Source: Bdellovibrionota bacterium (lineage in GTDB: Bacteria; Bdellovibrionota_C; UBA2361; CAKMMH01). Taken from it: 64,000 nucleotides of DNA. Position numbers and translations under genes: made by a program. The DNA is taken from positions 128,001-192,000 of the forward strand of contig JBMNLI010000017.1 of assembly GCA_050952645.1 (NCBI GenBank). The letters run 5' to 3'. Under the pieces are notes generated by a model. The model worked only from the letters and a program-made list of their open reading frames with translations, did not search any database and had not been told where the DNA came from. Below, piece after piece: positions 1 to 9,782 of this stretch; the stretch's first letter is position 1; every line of letters starts with the position of its first letter.

Positions 1-9
1 AGTTAAACG

Positions 10-1668
10 CTACTTTTTTCGTCTATATAATCTTAAATTCCAAGTTCCTTTTTCGCCCGTAATTTTATTTACAACGTTTCCAGTTATCACACCGTTTGAA
101 ATAGAAGTCGCTTTAAATACTAGGATTACTCCATTAAAACGTATTTCCATTTCTTCTTTATTATTACTATTATCAAACATTACTGGCAAAAAGCCTTCGC
201 TTTTAACTTTAAATACTATAAAATTATCTTTAACGCTAATAACGAAACCGACTTTATCAAAAATTATTTTTTCTAATTCTCCTTCGTATAATCCATTTTC
301 TAAATTTGGAAAAGAAAGTTTTATATCGAGCGCCTCAGTTTGAAGCTCTGAGAGTTCTTTTTCTTTATTAAATTTTTTATCAGAAGAATCATTCGGGTAA
401 AACAACAACGCTATTGCAAAGAGTAGTATTAAAAATAAGATTATCTTTTTGCTAATTCCTCTATTTTTTTTAATGCCGTATACACTACTAATTCTTTTTT
501 CGATATCTTCAACGCTTTCGATATCTTCATCTAACGCATCATCTATTTTAAGGTTTAATAATTCTTCTTTACTAGCTTTAGTTAGAGTCGCCTTTCTTGT
601 ATCACGCTTGCTTGTATCACGCTTATACGTTTTGCTTTCTTTATTTTCAATATTACTTTCAATATTATTTTGAATATTATTTTTATATTTTTCATTATCG
701 TAATCATTCTTTTTATCTTTTATGCTACGTTCTTTATCAACGTTTCGTTTATCTTGATTTAGTCTATCCTGATTTAGTTTATCCTGATTTAGTTTATCTT
801 CATTTAGTTTATCTTTTTTAAATCTTTCACCTATTTTTTCAAACTCTTCTTCAAATGTTGCTATATTTTCTAAATGATCTTTAGTAAGACGTCTTGAAGC
901 TTCAAGGCTTATAGGGTTTCTAGCGTTTAAAAAATCGAGCACTTCGCCTGCACTTTCGAAGCGTTCATTTTTATTTGGCATAACCATTTTTTTTATACAA
1001 AAAGAGAGCTTTTTATTTTTTATTAAATCTGTATTTAAAGATTTACTATGAGTAAACAAGTAAAAAAACGTTGCACCTAGTGAATATATATCTGATGTAA
1101 AATCTATTTTGCCATTATTAAAATATTCTGGAGCTACAAAGTCTTTTTTTTCTATTCCTATTTTTAATAGATTTTTATCTATATCATTAGTAATTTCACT
1201 TAATCCAAAGTCGCCTAGTTTAACTACATCATCTTCAAAAACTAAAATATTTTCTGGGCATATATCTCTATGAATAAAGCCTATTTTATGGATAAAATCT
1301 AGTACCTCTAATATTTTGATTAAGTATTTTTCTCCTTTTCTGTATTCTAAAACGTTTCCTTTCAGAAATTTTGAGATATCATTATACTTAGCGTATTCCA
1401 TCACTAAATAACAAAGGTTATCTAGCACTTGAAAATCTTCTAATTTTACTACGCTTTCGTGTCTGCATGAAACTAGAGATAGAGATTCTTTGCGAAGGAG
1501 TTCTTTATTGATAGCAGTTTGTTTTCCTACTAAAACTTTTATTGCTACATCTAAATTCTTCTCTAATAATTTAGCGTGATAGACTACGCTACTTCGTCCT
1601 TTTCCGACTATTTCAAAAATTTCGTATTTCTGATCAAAAATTTTTCTTTGATTATTACTATTATTCAT
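10..1668 (-). CDS. Hanks-type Ser/Thr protein kinase with low-complexity linker, TM helix and C-terminal extracytoplasmic domain
   Basis: Motifs GKGRSSVVY, VAIK, HRDICPEN, DFG and APE; hydrophobic helix IILFLILLFAIALLF at about residues 410-424. Confidence 0.9.
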   Translation of the reverse strand: MNNSNNQRKIFDQKYEIFEIVGKGRSSVVYHAKLLEKNLDVAIKVLVGKQTAINKELLRKESLSLVSCRHESVVKLEDFQVLDNLCYLVMEYAKYNDISKFLKGNVLEYRKGEKYLIKILEVLDFIHKIGFIHRDICPENILVFEDDVVKLGDFGLSEITNDIDKNLLKIGIEKKDFVAPEYFNNGKIDFTSDIYSLGATFFYLFTHSKSLNTDLIKNKKLSFCIKKMVMPNKNERFESAGEVLDFLNARNPISLEASRRLTKDHLENIATFEEEFEKIGERFKKDKLNEDKLNQDKLNQDRLNQDKRNVDKERSIKDKKNDYDNEKYKNNIQNNIESNIENKESKTYKRDTSKRDTRKATLTKASKEELLNLKIDDALDEDIESVEDIEKRISSVYGIKKNRGISKKIILFLILLFAIALLFYPNDSSDKKFNKEKELSELQTEALDIKLSFPNLENGLYEGELEKIIFDKVGFVISVKDNFIVFKVKSEGFLPVMFDNSNNKEEMEIRFNGVILVFKATSISNGVITGNVVNKITGEKGTWNLRLYRRKK

Positions 1669-2015
1669 TTAATCGATATAAAACAATTTACTAAAAAACT
1701 TTAAACTTTTATTTCCTTATATATTTTTATAACACAAGTTTATCTTATTTATACAATACTATATTCTTTTAGACGCTTTTTCAAACGTTTGAGTTGCATT
1801 AAAAAAAATTTCTCGATATTTTATCGATATTTATTGTAAAAAATTTGTAAATTACGTATTTTTTTGGTAAATTACTATTTTAGCTTATTGCTTTAGAAAT
1901 TTTTAGTTCGATAATTTGATAAATTAAAATCAAAATTCCCTAACTATCTGTAAATGCTAAAGTTCTTGTGTAAATAAAAAAATATAATTACCATATTTTA
2001 TACTGCCTCGGCTTA

Positions 2016-2067
2016 AGGGTTATAGGCCAAGGTTATAGGTCAAGGTTATAAGCCAAGCTTATAAGTC
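2016..2067. repeat. 4 x 13-bp tandem repeat (aaggttataggcc-like)
   Basis: agggttataggcc aaggttataggtc aaggttataagcc aagcttataagtc. Confidence 0.85.
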
Positions 2068-2101
2068 TAAAAAGGCATATAAGCTATGTGTTTTGCGTGT
2101 T

Positions 2102-2192
2102 GTTTTTACGTATTGTTTTTACGTATTGTTTTTACGTATTGTTTTTACGTATTGGTTTTACGTATTGGTTTTGTATATTGGTATTATATATT
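2102..2192. repeat. 7 x 13-bp tandem repeat (gtttttacgtatt), degenerating rightwards
   Basis: Four perfect units at 2102-2153, then three variant units. Confidence 0.9.
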
Positions 2193-2227
2193 GGGTATTA
2201 TATATTAGTATTTTTTGAAAAAATTTT

Positions 2228-2292
2228 GCTCCTTCACGTTTTAGGTGGGTTAGGAAAATAGGCTTTTTTGTTAGCTTAAAACTTGAAGAACG
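2228..2292 (-). mobile_element. MITE-like element, internally deleted copy
   Basis: Both ends match the termini of the 33878 and 57011 element; flanked by 8-bp direct repeat AAAATTTT at 2220-2227 and 2293-2300. Confidence 0.75.
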
Positions 2293-2328
2293 AAAATTTT
2301 TATTTAATTTAATTATTTTTATATTAAT

Positions 2329-4104
2329 ATGAGAAACGAAAAGATTAGAAATATAGCTATTATTGCGCATGTCGACCATGGGAAAACGACATTAGTCGAT
2401 GCGCTACTTAAGCAAGCAGGCGTTTTTAGAGATGGCGAAGAAACTAAAGACCGTCTATTAGACAGCATGGCGTTAGAAAGAGAGCGTGGCATCACCATTA
2501 CTGCTAAAAACTGTTCTTTAAATTGGAAAGGTAAAAAAATCAATATATTAGATACCCCAGGACATGCAGATTTTGGTGGGGAAGTGGAAAGAGCCTTATC
2601 TATGGTAGATGGTGCTATTTTGCTAGTAGATGCCGCTGAGGGACCTCTTCCGCAAACTAGGTTTGTAGTTCAAAAGGCGCTTGAACGTGGGCTTTCGATG
2701 ATCGTTTGTATAAATAAAATTGATAGGCAAGATGCTAGGATAAAAGAGGTTTTAGATGAAATTTATAGTTTATTTATAGATTTAGGAGCTAGCGAGGAGC
2801 AAATAGAGTTTCCAGTGCTTTTTACCGTAGGACGAGATGGAACTGCGACTCAAGATTTAAGTGTCAAGGGCAAAGATTTATCGCCTCTTTTTGAAACTAT
2901 TATAGAGTGTGTGCAAGCTCCTAGCTACGATGAAGGCAAGCATTTTCAAATGCTCGTAGCAAACATTAGTTATTCAGAATTTTTAGGTCGTTTAGCCATT
3001 GGAAAGGTTGCACATGGAACGGCAAGAGCTGGCAATGAGTTAATTTTAATAGATGAGAATAATAATAGAAATGCTTTAAAGGTAGTAAAGCTTCAATCGT
3101 ATCAAGATATTAAAATAGTTGAGACTAAAGTTGCCGAGCCAGGGGATATTATTTTGCTTTCGGGTATAGATGAGGTGACTATTGGGGATACTATCTGTAG
3201 CTTAGAGGTTAAGGAAGCACTACCTAGAATTTACGTTGAGCCACCGACTGTGGCGATGTCTTTTTCTACTAATACTTCTCCATTTTCTGGGCGAGATGGA
3301 AAATTTATTCAGGCACAAAAAATTTACGAGCGTTTAGTAAGAGAGACTTTATACAATGTATCTATTCAAGTAGAAAAAACTAATATGCCAGATACTTTTT
3401 TAGTAAAAGCTCGTGGAGAGTTGCAGCTAGTAGTTCTTATAGAAACGATGAGGCGAGAGGGCTATGAACTTTCAGTTGGGCGACCAGTAGTATTATATAA
3501 ATATGAGAATGAAAAAAAGCTTGAGCCTATAGAGCATGTAGTGGTAGATTGTGAAGATGAGTATACGGGGGTAATCACTAGCAAGCTTTCTTCTAGGAAA
3601 GGTATTTTAGTAAATATGCATAATTATGGCAAGAGAACTAGGCTTGAGTTTTCGGTTCCATCTAGGTCTTTAATTGGGTTTAGAGATACTTTTTTAACTG
3701 ACACTAAGGGAACTGGGCTTATGAGTTCTTATCTAGAGGGTTATGAGGAATATAGGGGGGATTCCGTTTCTAGGGAAAATGGCTCGTTAGTAGCGGACAG
3801 AGAGGGCATTGCGGTTGCTTATGCGATATTTCATTTAGAGCCTAGGGGAAAAATGTTTATAGTCCCAGGGGAGACTTTTTATAAAGGCATGGTTATAGGA
3901 GAGCGTGTCAAATCGGGCGACCTTGAGGTTAATCCGTCTAAGGCAAAAAAACTTACTAATTTACGAGCTGCAGGAAAGGATGAGAATGTTATTTTAACGC
4001 CAGTGCAACCTATGACTATTGAAAAGGCTATCGATTTTATTACTAATGATGAGCTAGTAGAAATTACCCCTAAAGCTATAAGAATTAGAAAGAAAGATTT
4101 ATAA
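2329..4104 (+). CDS. typA: Translational GTPase TypA/BipA
   Basis: RNIAIIAHVDHGKTTLVD, DTPGHADFGGEVER, NKID; BipA C-terminus KKLTNLRAAGKDE...ELVEITP. Confidence 0.97.
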   Translation: MRNEKIRNIAIIAHVDHGKTTLVDALLKQAGVFRDGEETKDRLLDSMALERERGITITAKNCSLNWKGKKINILDTPGHADFGGEVERALSMVDGAILLVDAAEGPLPQTRFVVQKALERGLSMIVCINKIDRQDARIKEVLDEIYSLFIDLGASEEQIEFPVLFTVGRDGTATQDLSVKGKDLSPLFETIIECVQAPSYDEGKHFQMLVANISYSEFLGRLAIGKVAHGTARAGNELILIDENNNRNALKVVKLQSYQDIKIVETKVAEPGDIILLSGIDEVTIGDTICSLEVKEALPRIYVEPPTVAMSFSTNTSPFSGRDGKFIQAQKIYERLVRETLYNVSIQVEKTNMPDTFLVKARGELQLVVLIETMRREGYELSVGRPVVLYKYENEKKLEPIEHVVVDCEDEYTGVITSKLSSRKGILVNMHNYGKRTRLEFSVPSRSLIGFRDTFLTDTKGTGLMSSYLEGYEEYRGDSVSRENGSLVADREGIAVAYAIFHLEPRGKMFIVPGETFYKGMVIGERVKSGDLEVNPSKAKKLTNLRAAGKDENVILTPVQPMTIEKAIDFITNDELVEITPKAIRIRKKDL

Positions 4105-4205
4105 AAAATTAAAAAAAAATGACCTTTAGTGTTTTATAAAAACGATCAAAAAATGCGATAAAAAAATACAATAAAAAAAACGATAAAAAAATAATTGAAA
4201 CACAC

Positions 4206-4249
4206 ACGCTTAAGGTCAGCCTCGTTTTAAGCGAACTAACCTTAAGCGT
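4206..4249. terminator. Stem-loop between convergent typA and an orphan ORF (probable terminator)
   Basis: Perfect 10-bp stem acgcttaagg...ccttaagcgt; a second hairpin agggcaa...ttgccct lies at 4266-4287. Confidence 0.55.
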
Positions 4250-4334
4250 AAAGCGTTAAGTTTCAAGGGCAACTTTTAGCTTGCCCTGCTTGTTTCCTAA
4301 TAGGACAAAAAGGAGCGTCAAGGAATATTAGGCG

Positions 4335-4727
4335 TCAAAGATAGCAAACTCTTGTAGTTGGATCTAAATCCTCAATGTATAGCCCTTTGCTACCAGAAAA
4401 TACCCCGATAACGGAATCATCGATACCTATCATCCTTACTTCCCCATCGATACCAAATTCGAGTCCGTAAATATTTCCATTCACAATAAAATCATAAAAT
4501 TTGCGGCCATAGGTACAATACCATACTCCATATTGCTTTTGATAAATTCCTCCTCTTATTATATTGAGTTTAGGAACAAGTCTAGGTGATTCCCAAAGGG
4601 GAAGAGTAATTAGGAAGTGATCCTTCGTTGCTTTTTCATCTCTTTTGCCATCGTGCGATTTGTAGCATTCTCCTTCGCTTGGGCTACTTATTTTAACAGG
4701 GAAGTATTTCTCGCACTCTACTACCAA
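4335..4727 (-). CDS. Hypothetical orphan protein, probably a 5'-eroded remnant of a longer gene
   Basis: 130-aa ORF with TTG start; the frame stays open about 24 codons upstream to a TAG; RBS-like AAAGGA near 4843-4848. Confidence 0.5.
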   Translation of the reverse strand: MVVECEKYFPVKISSPSEGECYKSHDGKRDEKATKDHFLITLPLWESPRLVPKLNIIRGGIYQKQYGVWYCTYGRKFYDFIVNGNIYGLEFGIDGEVRMIGIDDSVIGVFSGSKGLYIEDLDPTTRVCYL

Positions 4728-5082
4728 GCCACGTTTTATAAGTGTTCCAAGCCGGTAATTTATACCGTTAAAATTAACAATACCTTCAAGCCATCTGCAC
4801 TATCTTAGCCTTTTTTACCTTTATTGTCAGATATTGTTATGTCCTTTCTATAACCTATTGTTAAACCTCTTCTTATGCGATGCTACGCACACCAAAGCAC
4901 TTAAAAGGTCATTTAAGCCTTTTATCTTAATTAAACTACAATTTGCTTCTAATTTTTCTTATTTTTTATGAAAACTATAAAAGCAAAAAATTATTTAAAG
5001 TTTACATTAAGAACCCTATTAGTTTAAAAGATAAAGAATATTTAAGCAAATTATTTCTCCCTCTTTTAATTCTGCATCTTCT

Positions 5083-5412
5083 TTAATTCCGCATCTCATT
5101 TGTAAAATCGGTTCTGACTGAATTATATTTTTTATAAGCACTAATTAAAATCGAAAGAGATACGGCAAGCTCACAAGTAGCTACTACCATAATAATAATA
5201 CCTATTAAAGGACCCGAAACTTTATCAACGGTCGTTTCAAAACTAGGATTAAAACGCCAAAACGCCATAAAATTTATTATCGCAGAATTTAAAATAAGCT
5301 CCACGCCTATCAAAATAGAAAATACATTATTACGACTAATAATAGAAAATATACCTAAACTAGCTAAAACACCCGACAAATATAAATAATAACTTAATGG
5401 TATTACATTCAT
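5083..5412 (-). CDS. nuoK: NADH-quinone oxidoreductase subunit K
   Basis: LIGVELILNS and ATCELAVSL; ATG at 5412 follows a GGGAGGGG RBS; lies downstream of nuoJ. Confidence 0.9.
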   Translation of the reverse strand: MNVIPLSYYLYLSGVLASLGIFSIISRNNVFSILIGVELILNSAIINFMAFWRFNPSFETTVDKVSGPLIGIIIMVVATCELAVSLSILISAYKKYNSVRTDFTNEMRN

Positions 5413-5433
5413 ATAAACACCCCTCCCCACTTC

Positions 5434-5946
5434 CTACTTTTCTTCCTTAATCATTATCGATGCCCCAACTAAAGCAACTAAAATAAGCACGGCTGCTACC
5501 TCTAATGTTAAAAATTCATAAGATAAAAGAAACTCCCCTATACTACTTAAAATTTCATCAGATTTCTTAATAACCCTATTTTCACCTACCCAAGTAGACT
5601 TTGAAATTATAGGTATAAAAAAAATAATAAAAAATACACAAACACTAATAAACGAACTTAACTTTAACCCTATAGATGTTTCACCTTTTAGAAATTTAGG
5701 AGATAATAATAATGCGGCAAATAATAGTAATATTAAAATAGCCCCTACGTATACTATAACTTGCATAATAGCTAAAAACTCCGAATATAACATCGCATAA
5801 AGCCCAGCAATGCCAAAAAATGTAGCAAATAAACTAAATAAAGCTACCTTTATATCCGATGCTAAAACTGAAATTAACGAAGATAAAATTATCGTAAAAC
5901 TTAATATAAAAAAACATACGCTTTCTAGTGATAAAAAATCTACCAT
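5434..5946 (-). CDS. nuoJ: NADH-quinone oxidoreductase subunit J
   Basis: EFLAIMQVIVYVGAILIL motif; five hydrophobic helices. Confidence 0.92.
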   Translation of the reverse strand: MVDFLSLESVCFFILSFTIILSSLISVLASDIKVALFSLFATFFGIAGLYAMLYSEFLAIMQVIVYVGAILILLLFAALLLSPKFLKGETSIGLKLSSFISVCVFFIIFFIPIISKSTWVGENRVIKKSDEILSSIGEFLLSYEFLTLEVAAVLILVALVGASIMIKEEK

Positions 5947-6150
5947 ATCTCCCTTACCCCCCCTTTTTTTCCTTAGCAGATTGTCAAATTAAACTAGACA
6001 AACCCAAAAACACACCCCATAAATACCCCTAGCAGTGTTTTGTAATTTAACAATCTTTCTTTATAATCTTCTCTAATAATCTTTCTTAGCAATCTTTTTT
6101 AATATCTTTTAAATATCTTTTTAAAGATTATCAATCGTTTTTATTCTTTT

Positions 6151-6603
6151 TTAATTTTTTGTTTTAATTTCTTTTATGCTATCTCTTTTTACAAAATCGA
6201 CTAACGTATCTTCCCTCTTATCAGTGCATAAATCAAATACATCACTCAAATATATCGCCTTATGTGGACACACCTCTTCACAAAGAGAACAAAATATACA
6301 TTTTTCATAATCTATCCTATAGCTCTTTATATCAACATCTTTGCCTTTCCCCTCTGCCTCTATTTCTATACAAGAAACGGGACAATTTATTTTACAAACC
6401 CCACAAGCCGTGCACTTATTTTTATTATACTTATGAGCCCCTCTAAACGAAAGTGGAAGCTCTTCTCTTTTTTCAGGATAACATAAAGTAGTCTTTCTTT
6501 TAAAAAAATACTTAAGCGTTATCAAAAGCCCGATAACAGTAGTTTTAATACCTAAATATATATTCTCAAAATATTTTTTTATCTTCAAAATAATAAATCT
6601 CAC
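6151..6603 (-). CDS. nuoI: NADH-quinone oxidoreductase subunit I (2x 4Fe-4S)
   Basis: CTACGVCKINCP and CIFCSLCEEVCP; YPEK...FRG; GTG start. Confidence 0.93.
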   Translation of the reverse strand: MRFIILKIKKYFENIYLGIKTTVIGLLITLKYFFKRKTTLCYPEKREELPLSFRGAHKYNKNKCTACGVCKINCPVSCIEIEAEGKGKDVDIKSYRIDYEKCIFCSLCEEVCPHKAIYLSDVFDLCTDKREDTLVDFVKRDSIKEIKTKN

Positions 6604-6621
6604 ATTTAAAAAATAAAAATT

Positions 6622-7815
6622 CTAAAAAAACGTAATTTGCAAAATCACACCAATAAAACAACACAAACTAATAGGTAAAAGATACTTTAAACACAAACTA
6701 GTAAGCGCATCTACTCTTAATCTTGGGAACGTCCAACGAACCCAAATCATGGTAAAATATAATAAAAAAGTTTTTATTAAAACGTTAAAGACCCCAATCA
6801 TCTCCCTTACTAAAAATAAAAAATTATTTTTAGTAAAAAGCTTTAAAATAAAATCTTTAAGCGTTTCACTAGCAAAAAACATATCCTTAATAGATACTAA
6901 CTCTAAATTTCTTAAAAACTCACCCTCAGGTATAGGATATTTAAATCCGCCTAAAAATAACATTACCGCAAAAGCACTCACTACATACATTGCAGCATAT
7001 TCTGCCATAAAGAAAAAAGCAAACTTCATCGCAGTATATTCAGCATGAAAACCAGCCGTAAGTTCGCTTTCAGCTTCTGGCAAATCGAACGGCGCTCTTC
7101 TTGCACAAGCTAAACCACAAATAAAAAAAACTATAAATAGTATAAATAAAAAAGGAGACCTAAATATCGTTAAACTAAAAATACCATTTTCTGCTTGCCA
7201 AAAAGTAAGCTTATTAAAATTCATCGTGCCTGCCATAATGGCTACCGACAATACACACAAGCCTAAAGGAATTTCATAAGATAAAATTTGAGATACAGCT
7301 CTAATGCCACCATAAAGAGACCACTTGCTCTTGCTAGCATACCCAGCCATTAAAAGCCCTATAACCTCTATACTTTCAAAAGCAAGTATATAAATTAAAG
7401 CTAAACTCATCGAGGTCGCCTTAAAATATTCACTAAAAGGTAGCACAGCAAAAGGAAAAAGAACTCCAGTGAAAACAACCATAGGAGCTAGAACAAACAA
7501 TACCTTATGCACTCCCTTAGGATATATAGACTCTTTAAATAATAACTTTACCCCATCTGCAACGGGCTGGAATAGCCCAAAATACCCCGTTCTATTAGGC
7601 CCTAAACGACTTTGAATAAATCCTGCTACCCTTCTTTCTAGATACGTTCCAACGATTGCCATAAAACACATCCAAGAGATGGCTATAACGGCAAGCATTG
7701 AAAATAATATAGCGTAGGCTACCCAATGATACTTTCCTAGAAAAAAACTTTTAAATATATCTAGATTTATATTAGCAGGATTTAAATAAAATATTATATC
7801 ATTTAAAAAACTCAT
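6622..7815 (-). CDS. nuoH: NADH-quinone oxidoreductase subunit H
   Basis: ERRVAGFIQSRLGPNR, QPVADGVKL, RAPFDLPEAESEL, RWTFPRLRVD. Confidence 0.96.
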   Translation of the reverse strand: MSFLNDIIFYLNPANINLDIFKSFFLGKYHWVAYAILFSMLAVIAISWMCFMAIVGTYLERRVAGFIQSRLGPNRTGYFGLFQPVADGVKLLFKESIYPKGVHKVLFVLAPMVVFTGVLFPFAVLPFSEYFKATSMSLALIYILAFESIEVIGLLMAGYASKSKWSLYGGIRAVSQILSYEIPLGLCVLSVAIMAGTMNFNKLTFWQAENGIFSLTIFRSPFLFILFIVFFICGLACARRAPFDLPEAESELTAGFHAEYTAMKFAFFFMAEYAAMYVVSAFAVMLFLGGFKYPIPEGEFLRNLELVSIKDMFFASETLKDFILKLFTKNNFLFLVREMIGVFNVLIKTFLLYFTMIWVRWTFPRLRVDALTSLCLKYLLPISLCCFIGVILQITFF

Positions 7816-7940
7816 AAAATTTATGCAATTTAATGCTTAAAAAAAATTTAATGCTTAAAATTTTATACAAAAATAATACATATATAAAAAATATATTAAA
7901 TAAAAAAGATTAGATAAAAACTTAAAATAAAATTTTTAAA

Positions 7941-8276
7941 CTAGTTATTTTTCGTATCGTCCTTATCTCTATCATTATCCTTACTGCTATCTTTATTATC
8001 AAATTTCCTATCAAAACTATCTTCAAAAATAATCGCTTCATCATCATCAAAGCTTACTGCATCTTTAGGAGATAAAAAATAAAGCACTAAAGCACAAACT
8101 ACTAATAAAAATAGAACTGAAAGAACTATCTTCCATAGTAGCGTGCAAACGATACCTAATACGACACCACCAGTTAAAAGCTTCCACCCTTCTTGAACTT
8201 TTATAGTTTCTGCTAAACTGTTATTCCAACTTTGAACCATTTCCCTTAATTCAGCTTGAGTTTTTTTTAACTTCAT
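7941..8276 (-). CDS. Hypothetical membrane protein with acidic tail
   Basis: 111-aa ORF with AGGGAG RBS and a long hydrophobic segment. Confidence 0.7.
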   Translation of the reverse strand: MKLKKTQAELREMVQSWNNSLAETIKVQEGWKLLTGGVVLGIVCTLLWKIVLSVLFLLVVCALVLYFLSPKDAVSFDDDEAIIFEDSFDRKFDNKDSSKDNDRDKDDTKNN

Positions 8277-8433
8277 ATTTTACTCCCTTTGTACAAATAG
8301 AGTTCTTCTAAAAATTTTAAATTTAAAACGTAAAAAGATTTTTTTATATTTTATAACATTATAGCAGTTTTTATAAGCCTTTATTTTATAAAATACTTGA
8401 TTTACATTACTATTTTAAATATTATTTTTCTTT

Positions 8434-8895
8434 ATGAACGTAGTTTTAGTAAATCCACAAATTCCGCAAAACACTGGCTCCATATCTAGAACGTGCGGAG
8501 CTACAAAAACCAAACTTAGACTAGTTGGAAAAATCGGGTTTGATATTAGCGATAAAGCCGTCAGGCGAGCCGGGCTAGATTATTGGCCTTATGTCGATAT
8601 AAAAACGCACGAAACTTGGGAAGATTACGTTTTAGAAAATAAAGACTCAAAGTTATGGCTCATATCTAAATTTGGCACGAGAGAATATTGGGATGCAAAT
8701 TTTTCTAAAGACGACTCTTTAGTTTTTGGAAGTGAAACTAAGGGTTTAGGAAAAGAGTTTTTAAGTAAATACGATGAAGCACAAATACTAAGAATCCCAA
8801 TGTCCTGCGAGCACGTAAGAAGCCTAAACTTAAGTAATGCAGTATCTATAGTACTCTACGAATCACTAAGACAGATAAGCTTAAAATCTCTTTAA
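8434..8895 (+). CDS. trmL: tRNA (cytidine(34)-2'-O)-methyltransferase, SpoU family
   Basis: PQIPQNTG, RRAGLDYW, FGSETKGL, RSLNLSNAV. Confidence 0.95.
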   Translation: MNVVLVNPQIPQNTGSISRTCGATKTKLRLVGKIGFDISDKAVRRAGLDYWPYVDIKTHETWEDYVLENKDSKLWLISKFGTREYWDANFSKDDSLVFGSETKGLGKEFLSKYDEAQILRIPMSCEHVRSLNLSNAVSIVLYESLRQISLKSL

Positions 8896-9130
8896 AGCAT
8901 AAAAGGAAATTGGCTTTAAATTTAACTTAATCTTAAACTTAAACTTTCCCTTGTTTTACGTATAAAATTTAATTTTAACTTTATAACCTAATCAAATAAT
9001 TTTTTAAAAAAGTTAAAAAACACTCAAATAAATTATAAAAATAAATTTTTAAAAATAGCAAACGTAAATGCACGCCCTTTTAAGCTTAAGTTTTAAGCTT
9101 TTTAAAAAATTATATTTATATTTATATTTA

Positions 9131-9574
9131 TTATATTTCTATCATAATAGATACGGGACCATCGTTTTCTACGTAAACTTTCATATCGGCACCAAAAATC
9201 CCCTTTTCTACTTTTTTAATTTGACGAACGCTTTTACATATACAAAAAAAATCATCAAACATTTTGCTCGCCTCTTTAGGTTGCATAGCGCTTACAAACT
9301 CTGGGCGTCTTCCATGCGAAGTATCGGCAAAAAGTGTAAATTGTGGAATTAACAAAAGCTCCCCTTTTATATCGCACAAAGAATAATCGAATCTTCCACT
9401 ATCATTTGAAAATATTCTTAGATTGATAATCTTCTCTTTCATCTTTTCAAGATTAACTTTCGTATCGTGCACACCAAAGCCTACAAAAATAGTTAACCCC
9501 TTTTCTATACTTCCAACCGTTTTACCGTCTACTTTTACGTAAGATTTTAAACATCGCTGTAATAAAACTTTCAT
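9131..9574 (-). CDS. dtd: D-aminoacyl-tRNA deacylase
   Basis: MKVLLQR, QFTLFADT.HGRRPEF, FGADMKV..ENDGPV; ATG at 9574 after a GGAGAGG RBS. Confidence 0.95.
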   Translation of the reverse strand: MKVLLQRCLKSYVKVDGKTVGSIEKGLTIFVGFGVHDTKVNLEKMKEKIINLRIFSNDSGRFDYSLCDIKGELLLIPQFTLFADTSHGRRPEFVSAMQPKEASKMFDDFFCICKSVRQIKKVEKGIFGADMKVYVENDGPVSIMIEI

Positions 9575-9782
9575 ACACCCCTCTCCCACCTTTTACATAT
9601 TTTGCCAATATTTACACACAAAATTTAGGACGCAAACTAAATGTCCATTTGAAAAAACACTCTAAGGAATGTATGATATCTTAAAAATAATTTTTAGAAT
9701 AGTTTTTAAAATAACTACTTATAAAATAAAATTTTAAATAAAAATATTATTTAAAAAAATTATGTAAAAAGATAAATCGAAT

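Noticed and set aside
2016..2192. CRISPR array
   Set aside because: 13-bp units abut with no unique spacers, and there are no cas genes.
4201..4334. Integron attC site after the orphan ORF
   Set aside because: A RYYYAAC-like word exists, but there is no properly placed GTTRRRY partner, integrase or cassette array.
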